Source of the DNA: Candidatus Bathyarchaeum sp. | GTDB lineage: Archaea > Thermoproteota > Bathyarchaeia > Bathyarchaeales > Bathyarchaeaceae | DNA length: 64,000 nucleotides | NCBI GenBank assembly: GCA_026014495.1 | Contig: JAOZIF010000171.1 | Span: 1-64,000, forward strand | Direction of reading: 5' to 3' | Shown: in pieces, positions 28,745 through 35,984 of the stretch | Layout of the letters: each line of letters opens with the position of its first letter | Position numbering within the stretch: the first letter of the stretch is position 1 | Position numbers and translations under genes: made by a program | The notes under the pieces: generated by a model | What the model saw: the letters and a program-made list of their open reading frames with translations, nothing else | What the model was told of the DNA's origin: nothing | Databases searched by the model: none

Positions 28745-30103
28745 TTACCACGCTCTGATTAGTCTTGATGGGGCTTGGGTTTTTCTTGTTGATATGCAGG
28801 CTAGGGCTAGTGCCCAGAGTCTGTCGTCGTGTGTTCCTTCTGGGTGACTGAATTTTGTGTGTCCGTCTTTGGTGAGTTCATATTTTTCGCAGTGTATCTC
28901 GGCGATTAGCTGGCTGTCATAGGGCATGGATAGTTTGTTTGTTTGCATTTGTTCACGTAAGTGGCTTAGTATCTCCTCTTTTCGTTTGGTTGTCAAAACG
29001 ACGCCTTTGGTGTTGGCGACTATTGTTGTCATGTCTTCTGTGATGTATTCGCCGATTCCTGTTTGGTCAACGTAGACTGATTCTACTGTTTGGTAACGGT
29101 CGGTTAGGGCTTTGATGTAGCCGATTACGCTAGCGTATGGTGTACCTAGCTTGAATCTGTGCATGTGAACAAGACGAACCTGGCCGTCTGCTAGAAGCTG
29201 AACTACTGCAACTGCGCTGTGGTCACGTTTTTTTCCCAAATCTACGCCGACACAGAATCTGCCGTTTAATCTGTTGATGAAGCTTGCGTATGTCAGGTTA
29301 CCGTTTACGCATTTGGTGATGAGTTCTTGTGGGAAGTAGCGGCTTTCGTCTTCTGCCCATTGTGCCTCCATTTCTCTGTGCCATCGCCATGGGTCGCCTG
29401 TTAGTTGTCTTCGTATTTTTTGTAGAATCTGCTCTTTGAGTGGTCCATGTGGTTCCACGGCGTCTTTCCAGGTGATGTGTGATTTAGCAAAGTCGCTAAA
29501 GTCTTCGTGGTTGAAGATTCTGTAAAAAACATGGTCTGTGCTCCATGGTGTACTGGAGCAGACAAACTTTCCATTTGTAGTGCCCAACGTAAACAGTATA
29601 GCGTCATACATTTCTTCGTCATTAGCTGTAAAATTCATTTCATCCCAGTAGACCAGATGCAAGGTAGGTCCGCGAATAGTGTCGGGATTGTTTGGGTAAC
29701 ATTCTATGATGCTGCCGTTAGAGAAGTAAATGACAGTTTTTCTTGACTTTACAACCCAGCCTTCAGGTAAATGTTTGAGAAAAGCGGATATTTTGCGTAT
29801 AATCAGCTTGGCTTGGCGGTAGCTTGGACCCACAACTCCGATGGATGTGTCGTGTTTGGTTAATGCGTAATACAGAAGAAGTGCAGCGATTGTGTGGCTT
29901 TTTCCGCTTTGTCGGCACCATCGGGCTGCAACAAACTGTTTTTCCATGAAGTTGCGGGTTAACTGTTTTTGGTATTGTGTTGGCGTGAATTTGAGTGTTT
30001 GTTCAAAAAAGTCTATGGGGTTGTCTTGGACTTTACTTGTTTTTTGAAGTTTTTGCCTGATTTGTTGTTCAAGCTTTTGGGTTTGTTTCTCCAAGTTGTT
30101 CAT
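28745..30103 (-). CDS. terL: Terminase large subunit
   Basis: Walker A WCRQSGKS, Walker B LVYWDE, nuclease motifs GVDLG, VDQTGIG, HDDRLWALALA. Confidence 0.95.
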   Translation of the reverse strand: MNNLEKQTQKLEQQIRQKLQKTSKVQDNPIDFFEQTLKFTPTQYQKQLTRNFMEKQFVAARWCRQSGKSHTIAALLLYYALTKHDTSIGVVGPSYRQAKLIIRKISAFLKHLPEGWVVKSRKTVIYFSNGSIIECYPNNPDTIRGPTLHLVYWDEMNFTANDEEMYDAILFTLGTTNGKFVCSSTPWSTDHVFYRIFNHEDFSDFAKSHITWKDAVEPHGPLKEQILQKIRRQLTGDPWRWHREMEAQWAEDESRYFPQELITKCVNGNLTYASFINRLNGRFCVGVDLGKKRDHSAVAVVQLLADGQVRLVHMHRFKLGTPYASVIGYIKALTDRYQTVESVYVDQTGIGEYITEDMTTIVANTKGVVLTTKRKEEILSHLREQMQTNKLSMPYDSQLIAEIHCEKYELTKDGHTKFSHPEGTHDDRLWALALACISTRKTQAPSRLIRAW

Positions 30104-30404
30104 CGACTATCTTCCTTAGTTCGTCGAGTTTTTCTTTGATTTTGCCTGTGTCGTATTCTTTGGCGATGATGTTGATGCTTCGGCTGATGTAGGCTGCTAG
30201 TTGTGCCCATTTTTGTTGTTGTTTGGTTGGTTTGCCCCTTTCTTTGGTTTTGGTTGCTTGGTCGTATGCCATTTCTGCTAGAACTTTGAGGTCTAAAATC
30301 AGGTCTGTGCGTAGTTCCTGTGTGTTTAGGTTGAATTTTTTTGCTGTGCGTCTGATTTTCTGAAAAAACCTAGTTTTCAACAATGTTCTGCTATTAGTAT
30401 TCAA
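30069..30404 (-). CDS. Putative terminase small subunit
   Basis: Helical 111-aa protein overlapping the terL start; call is positional. Confidence 0.55.
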   Translation of the reverse strand: MNTNSRTLLKTRFFQKIRRTAKKFNLNTQELRTDLILDLKVLAEMAYDQATKTKERGKPTKQQQKWAQLAAYISRSINIIAKEYDTGKIKEKLDELRKIVDEQLGETNPKA

Positions 30405-30409
30405 ATATG
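30356..30409 (+). repeat. Dispersed repeat copy A overlapping the terS start
   Basis: tgaaaaaacctagttttcaacaatgttctgctattagt; related copies at ~3070, ~4497 and ~19260. Confidence 0.92.
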
Positions 30410-30410
30410 T

Positions 30411-30680
30411 TCACGCCCTTTGTCCAAAGAATGTTCCCAGAAGTGTTCCTACAACCAGTGTTATGGTGGCAAAGATTTCTGCATTGAATTTACCCAGAAA
30501 CATCATGTGTGCAATCTCTAGTGCAGTTAACAGGGCTAATATTGCAGTGGCTGCTATCACGCCATAAATTATTGTTTGGCTGGGTGGGATTTCGACGCGT
30601 TTTGTTTGTTGTCCCGATTTTAGCAGAACCTTTTTTGTGAAGAGTTTTGAGATTCGCTCTTTCACTTTTGCCACCTGCAT
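30411..30680 (-). CDS. Small two-TM protein (holin-like candidate)
   Basis: Basic N-terminus, two hydrophobic helices, located between tail genes and terS. Confidence 0.45.
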   Translation of the reverse strand: MQVAKVKERISKLFTKKVLLKSGQQTKRVEIPPSQTIIYGVIAATAILALLTALEIAHMMFLGKFNAEIFATITLVVGTLLGTFFGQRA

Positions 30681-31045
30681 TTGACTTTGACGAAGTGTCC
30701 GCTTTTGGTTTTGATTTTCATGAGGTTTTTCTTGATTATTTCGTGGTAGTTTTCTTCGAGGTCGTGGTGTCGTCTGACGTTGACTTTTTCTATCATGCCT
30801 AATGGGATGCAGTTGTAGACTAGGTCGTAGGTTTTTTCTGTGATTTGGAAAATGTCTTTTAGCAAAATCAGGTGTTTTGTGCGTTTTCCTTTGACTCCAA
30901 CGTAGTGCCCGATGCTGGCTACTGGAGTGTCAAAGTGGGGTTCTCCGCCTTCTCCTGTTCTGCCCATTGCTTCGCTTGCGTCTAGCCAGTATACTCTGAC
31001 AAGGTCTCCAAAACTTAGTTCTTCGATTTGGTTTTCTTTTTTCAT
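30662..31045 (-). CDS. Phage-type hypothetical protein
   Basis: GDLVRVYWLDA small beta-barrel-like pattern; coupled in the operon. Confidence 0.55.
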   Translation of the reverse strand: MKKENQIEELSFGDLVRVYWLDASEAMGRTGEGGEPHFDTPVASIGHYVGVKGKRTKHLILLKDIFQITEKTYDLVYNCIPLGMIEKVNVRRHHDLEENYHEIIKKNLMKIKTKSGHFVKVKCRWQK

Positions 31046-31049
31046 TTTT

Positions 31050-32708
31050 TTATTTTCCTTTTTTGTATCGTGATAAAGCGCTGCTTGTGCTTCGTAGAGT
31101 ATACAGGTAATCTGCTAGTAGTGGCGCTTGTTTTCCTAGTTCCAAAACAACCTCAAGAGTCTGATTTGACGCGTTAACCCTGTATTCTACGCTTACGATG
31201 CGGTAGTCTGCGTCTATGTTTTCGTTTGGAAGCGTAACATGAATCTTGTCTGCAGGCAACAGCACATCTGTGCCATAGTCCAACACTGTACTCCGCACTG
31301 TTATGGACTCAGCAGGGCTATCCAGCTGTGCAAGCAACGCCTTAGCCCGAAGGTCACACTCGTTGTTGCTGTGAAGCTCCTCATCCACCTCAGCTAACTC
31401 GCGTACACCATACGCTGTTTGGCTGCTTGTTGGCTCCTGTGCCTCTAGGGGACGCCTTGCACTCCAGCGACCATTACCAAAATAGAACCTGTCAACCCAG
31501 ACATCGCCATATACTCCAGACTTCTGGTTAACAACAAACCTCACGCCACGTATCAAATCCCACCTAAAATCGCTGGTATTGAAGCTGCTTTCCGTCCACT
31601 CATCAACATGATTGTTGCCAATATCCAGCTTGATTAGCTGCCACTCGTCGGTTTCAGAAATCGTGAAGCCTCTCCACGCTACATTGTCGTCGCCTGTGCC
31701 GTCATGAAGCTCAATTGTATGATTCAATGAATGGTTGCTGTCTGCTTTGATGGCAAAAACTAGAGATGAGTAACTGTTCGCGTTCACGTAGTTGGCAGGG
31801 AACACCCACCAAAAAGAAACATAATACATGTACGACGTGCAGTGTGCTTTAACACAATTTGAGCCCTGAAGAACATTAGACGTTTCTATGCTCATGGTTG
31901 TGTTTCCCGTTATGGGTTCCCACTTACCCAGACTATGCTCAAGCCAATACTCTACTTGACTAACATCCTCTGTAAGCGTGTCACTCCACTGCTGCCCATC
32001 AAAATCCAGCGGATACGGTTGCTCCTCAGCGCCATACGTCATGATCCTGTTTCGTATTCTTTGAATATCTGTTGTATACTCGCTTGACTCTATCACGTCA
32101 GACAAGCTAACTGAACTCGTTTTGCTGTTTTTAGCAAAAAACGCAAACTTTGCATCAGGCTCAACCCTAAAATCATACCCAATAACTCCGCTGTCATCAG
32201 CCGAAGACGCTATGTCCTGCAAAATATCAAAAACAGGCGCATCCTCATACTCCAGCAGCGTATACGTCGTATCCGTGTCCTCTATAAGCTCTGTTGAGTC
32301 ACGAACATGACTTAAACCAGCATAATAATCAACCAAATCTTTGACAACATCTTCGCCTTTTTGGTTCTCATACGTTTTTGTAACAACCTGCCGGAAAAGC
32401 TTCTCACCCCAACAACGCCCCTTAACCCACATGTAATTCTCGGAAGCAGAAGACTCATACGTAACCTCCTCAACCCGTATCGTAGCAATCAACGGACAGT
32501 TCACGCCTCTTCCAACACTCAAACTTCCCTCATCTCCAACATTGATGGGATACGTCTGAGTGTACTTCTTGTCAAAATTCTGCAAGCGACACGAAAAACT
32601 CGAAACCTCATTCGTACAACCCAAATGAACACTCAACTCAAGCACATCACCCTGAGGCGGAGTAACCGAACCAAAAACCAAAGCAACAACAGGCAAACCA
32701 ACACTCAC
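31050..32708 (-). CDS. Tail tip/hub protein with inserted CBM-like domain
   Basis: Directly follows the tape measure (GTGA overlap); hub-like N- and C-termini; aromatic-rich jelly-roll-like insert (DEWQLIKLDI, DFRWDLIRGVRF, WVDRFYF). Confidence 0.7.
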   Translation of the reverse strand: MSVGLPVVALVFGSVTPPQGDVLELSVHLGCTNEVSSFSCRLQNFDKKYTQTYPINVGDEGSLSVGRGVNCPLIATIRVEEVTYESSASENYMWVKGRCWGEKLFRQVVTKTYENQKGEDVVKDLVDYYAGLSHVRDSTELIEDTDTTYTLLEYEDAPVFDILQDIASSADDSGVIGYDFRVEPDAKFAFFAKNSKTSSVSLSDVIESSEYTTDIQRIRNRIMTYGAEEQPYPLDFDGQQWSDTLTEDVSQVEYWLEHSLGKWEPITGNTTMSIETSNVLQGSNCVKAHCTSYMYYVSFWWVFPANYVNANSYSSLVFAIKADSNHSLNHTIELHDGTGDDNVAWRGFTISETDEWQLIKLDIGNNHVDEWTESSFNTSDFRWDLIRGVRFVVNQKSGVYGDVWVDRFYFGNGRWSARRPLEAQEPTSSQTAYGVRELAEVDEELHSNNECDLRAKALLAQLDSPAESITVRSTVLDYGTDVLLPADKIHVTLPNENIDADYRIVSVEYRVNASNQTLEVVLELGKQAPLLADYLYTLRSTSSALSRYKKGK

Positions 32709-33250
32709 TCAACACCCCTCATCAACAAAGACTCCTCCTCACCAGCCCTGCGCACATTACGAGTATACGTGGAAGTCTCAGAACACGCAGCATTATAGCT
32801 CTGAACCGAAGCAGTCGCCGAATCCATCTGCGAAGCAAACTGCGCCATAGCAACGCCCGCAGCAAGAATCACCGCCACGCCCACACCAGTCAAAGCCAAA
32901 AACGTAGCATAACTAATATTCAACGCATTCTGAGCCGAAGACGCAACCCAACAAGCCGCAGCATACACCTTCTGAGCAACAGCCACGCCCACACTGGTCC
33001 GCATAAACGTTCCCATAACCGTCACAACCGCCATTGCACTATTGAAAACCCGTGCCTGCTCACTATCAAGCAAACCAAACTGCTCCGCAACATACCCAAC
33101 AGCAACACCAGCAGCACCCAAACCCGCAACAGCAGAACCCAAACTCTTAATCCGCGCAGTCAACGCTTCTGCATCAGTTTGAATCCTCGAAAACTCGTTA
33201 CTTGCACGATTAACCGCCCGCACCGTAACCGCGATTTCACTAAAACTCAC
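32705..33250 (-). CDS. Tape measure protein, very short (181 aa)
   Basis: IAVTVRAVNRASNEF N-terminus typical of TMPs; Ala/Gly-rich amphipathic helices; canonical position. Confidence 0.75.
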   Translation of the reverse strand: MSFSEIAVTVRAVNRASNEFSRIQTDAEALTARIKSLGSAVAGLGAAGVAVGYVAEQFGLLDSEQARVFNSAMAVVTVMGTFMRTSVGVAVAQKVYAAACWVASSAQNALNISYATFLALTGVGVAVILAAGVAMAQFASQMDSATASVQSYNAACSETSTYTRNVRRAGEEESLLMRGVE

Positions 33251-33615
33251 AAACCAGCCTCCCTTTTTGCAGACTCTAAGGATTCACAGATTATCGCCTC
33301 CAGCCGAGGCAAAGCCTCCCTAACTGCAGGATACAAAAACGGACGAGCCCTCATGTAACGCGTTCCAAACTCAACAGCCATTGCATAAGTTGTTTGTGCG
33401 CCAACCTCTGCAATCCATTCACTTATTTTAGAGTAAATTGAGCTTTGTAGTTGCCCAGTTTTTACGGGAACCCGTTGTTTAGCCGATTCTTTAACGTCCG
33501 TAGCCCACTTTGTTAACTGTTCATGGACTTGGCGCTGCATGCCCGAATCAAATTTGTTCATTGCAGTCTTGAATTCTTCAACGCCGTTTATGTCAAGGCT
33601 TATCTGGATCGACAT
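33247..33615 (-). CDS. HK97 gp10-like tail component
   Basis: PVKTGQLQSSI, YAMAVEFGTRYMRARPFLYPA. Confidence 0.9.
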   Translation of the reverse strand: MSIQISLDINGVEEFKTAMNKFDSGMQRQVHEQLTKWATDVKESAKQRVPVKTGQLQSSIYSKISEWIAEVGAQTTYAMAVEFGTRYMRARPFLYPAVREALPRLEAIICESLESAKREAGL

Positions 33616-33809
33616 CTGGTTTGTTTCTCCATTTTCTGTTTTTCTTCCTCTGCTTGGCGGTCTAGTTCGTTAAGAATTACTATGAACTCCTGCACCGTTT
33701 TGGCTGGCTGCCTATCGAGCTGGGTTGGTGTGAACCCGAATTCCTTGCAGAGACGAAACCTTGTGACTGCACTGTGGGGCTTTGCTCGTCTGATTGCCCT
33801 GATAAAAAA
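33600..33809 (-). CDS. -1 frame extension of the tail assembly chaperone (gpGT-like)
   Basis: Open -1 frame from the T TTT TTA slippery site (33809-33803) to TAA at 33602-33600, with no start codon of its own near the site: IRAIRRAKPHSAVTRFRLCKEFGFTPTQLDRQPAKTVQEFIVILNELDRQAEEEKQKMEKQ. Confidence 0.75.
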   Translation of the reverse strand, partial: FFIRAIRRAKPHSAVTRFRLCKEFGFTPTQLDRQPAKTVQEFIVILNELDRQAEEEKQKMEKQTRCRSR

Positions 33810-34150
33810 CGTGTCTCCTCTACAGTTACGCTGCAGAGCATGTTAGCCGTTTGGCTGAACAACTCACCAAGCTCAATGGGAATTCCAACATCTTCACTAA
33901 GCAGCCTTTCAAGACTTATTGGCTCACTTTGTGGCTGCTCTTTAAGGCTAGCCCAGATTGTCTCTGCCTGAATTGCAACATAGTCGCTTTTTACAACCTG
34001 ACCAGACACAGGATGATACCGTGTGTGCTTTTGGATGATGCGGTTACGTTTTGCCCAAGAAATCTCCCCAAAAACGTAACTGCCAACATAGTCTTCGCCG
34101 AATCGGCTGTCAATTTCGATAGTTTGTGTTCTCAATGTCAATAACTCCAT
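33680..34150 (-). CDS. Tail assembly chaperone (gpG-like); start at 34150 or TTG 34135
   Basis: Directly downstream of the tail tube gene; carries an in-frame slippery heptamer. Confidence 0.75.
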   Translation of the reverse strand: MELLTLRTQTIEIDSRFGEDYVGSYVFGEISWAKRNRIIQKHTRYHPVSGQVVKSDYVAIQAETIWASLKEQPQSEPISLERLLSEDVGIPIELGELFSQTANMLCSVTVEETRFLSGQSDEQSPTVQSQGFVSARNSGSHQPSSIGSQPKRCRSS

Positions 34151-34152
34151 TT

Positions 34153-34995
34153 TTAGTTGATTGCCACGCTCTTTGCAACAAAAGGCGCTTTTACAGAAAC
34201 CAAGTCCTCGATTCGAGTCGGCGGCGAAATGCTCTCCCATTTGCAATCACTAAAAACTGCCTTGCTTGTTCCACCTAGCCCAAACTCTAAGCTGAAGTCG
34301 CTGTCGTTTATGATGTCGTCAAATTCATTTTTGGTTTCAAAATCAAAAGTTAGTTCTCCTGTGCAGTTTCTGTGACGTTCTGGCAGGTACTTGAGCAGGT
34401 GACCGTCTGTTGTTCTGATAACGGGTACGCGTTTAAGGTTGTTTTCTATGGTGAACCGAAAATCTGTTACATGGTCTATTGTGGTTGTGTCTTTTTTGAT
34501 GTAACTCTCGTAGTAGGGCACGGCTCCAGAATGGTCTGCGTATGTTGCGCCGCTGATTTTGTCTGTTCCAATCGTCACGTCCTGTCCAATTAGCTCTGCG
34601 GTTGCTTTGAGTATGTCTTCTACTGAACATTCGACAGTTAATGTGTTGAATCTGCAGCCCGTATAGAGCAAATCAATTGTTTCTGATGTTTTCTCGTAGA
34701 CAACCTCTATGCTTAGTGATTCTAGGGTCTGCACGTTTAGTAGAAAGTCTATGGGCGATGCACTAGGCAGGTTGTATTCGATTTTGAGTCCTACCTGACG
34801 TAATCCCGTTTTTATTGTTTGCAGGTCCCGTGAGCCTGTGCCTCTAACTTTGATTAGTCCAGGATTCAGGGTTGGCTCCACATTTTCTGTAGTTGCTAGT
34901 CCTGTCATGGACGGGGTTGATGGGGTTACGCCGTAGCTTGATTCTACAACGTAGTATGCTTTTGCCTCATGGGCTCCATATACTGGTGTAGTCAC
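34153..34995 (-). CDS. Major tail tube protein
   Basis: 280 aa, beta-rich; YVVESSYGVTP, FRFTIENNL, TGELTFDFE patterns; GGAG SD before GTG. Confidence 0.85.
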   Translation of the reverse strand: MTTPVYGAHEAKAYYVVESSYGVTPSTPSMTGLATTENVEPTLNPGLIKVRGTGSRDLQTIKTGLRQVGLKIEYNLPSASPIDFLLNVQTLESLSIEVVYEKTSETIDLLYTGCRFNTLTVECSVEDILKATAELIGQDVTIGTDKISGATYADHSGAVPYYESYIKKDTTTIDHVTDFRFTIENNLKRVPVIRTTDGHLLKYLPERHRNCTGELTFDFETKNEFDDIINDSDFSLEFGLGGTSKAVFSDCKWESISPPTRIEDLVSVKAPFVAKSVAIN

Positions 34996-35009
34996 TTTTT
35001 TGTCTCCTT

Positions 35010-35984
35010 TTATGTGATTGTTACCTCTTCAAACAGCCAAGTTTTGACTGTGAATTCTGTGCGCCAAATGTAGGGCTTAAAGCGCACATCATCGGTGTCC
35101 CTGTAAGAGACCATGTCCACGTAGCAGATTCCCTCAACAGTTACAATACAGTCTGCATAGTCACAGTGGATAGCCGCTGGAGAAACACCGTCGCTTGGGT
35201 TGGTTGTTCTGGCAAGCAGATACATGTAACCTTCAGAATCTATGTAGTCTGCGACGGAAGACTCCAAACTTATCGTGACATCCTCGTCTGCGTCTCCTGT
35301 TCCAGTTTGCGTGTTCTGCCACTCAGACCCTTCAGAGTTCCAAACTTTCACTGTAACTCCGTTTCCTGCAGGCGCAGTTCCATAGCCTTCAAACTTGAGC
35401 ACAGCCTTCTTGACAAATTCCTTGTTGGATTCGATTTTGATACAAAACAACAAAAGCGAATATTCTCCATTTTCAGCCTGTTCGTAACTGAAGCTGTTCT
35501 CGTCGCTTTGCCACAGCTTCTTGTAATCTGCTGATGAAAACTCTGTCCACTCTACAGAGCTCGGAGCTAATTCAGAAGACGACCCTGTATAGTATGCTCC
35601 GTGACCTGCCGTTTCTGCTCCAATATTGACGTAATTGTAGACTGTTTGGTTGGGTTTTGTTCTCTTTTCCCGAACAACCCTGTTAACTTCCTCTCTGAGC
35701 TTGTTTCTGATTTGCCTTCCAGCAAAACCTGTCCTCTCAACAACCCAAATTTTGATCCGAGCATACCCGACTCTTCGTCGCAAAGTCGCAGAAAAGCCAA
35801 GTTTTTGGTCATCACTATGGTCTAGTCCAACCGTTACCTGTCCGTCAACATCTTTGAGCAACTCCCTGTTATAGTACTCTGTTGTGACACAGATGTCCGC
35901 CAAAGAGCCATCATCCTTCACAACCTGAATGTTATTCTCCAACAGCCGCGCAAGAGTCACTGTCGGCTCCTCAATCTGCGCCAT
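35010..35984 (-). CDS. Tail terminator/neck-like protein with beta-sandwich insertion; start moved to MAQIEEP
   Basis: TAATG overlap with the upstream gene; lies just before the tail tube; terminator-like termini (IWRTEFTVKTW). Confidence 0.55.
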   Translation of the reverse strand: MAQIEEPTVTLARLLENNIQVVKDDGSLADICVTTEYYNRELLKDVDGQVTVGLDHSDDQKLGFSATLRRRVGYARIKIWVVERTGFAGRQIRNKLREEVNRVVREKRTKPNQTVYNYVNIGAETAGHGAYYTGSSSELAPSSVEWTEFSSADYKKLWQSDENSFSYEQAENGEYSLLLFCIKIESNKEFVKKAVLKFEGYGTAPAGNGVTVKVWNSEGSEWQNTQTGTGDADEDVTISLESSVADYIDSEGYMYLLARTTNPSDGVSPAAIHCDYADCIVTVEGICYVDMVSYRDTDDVRFKPYIWRTEFTVKTWLFEEVTIT

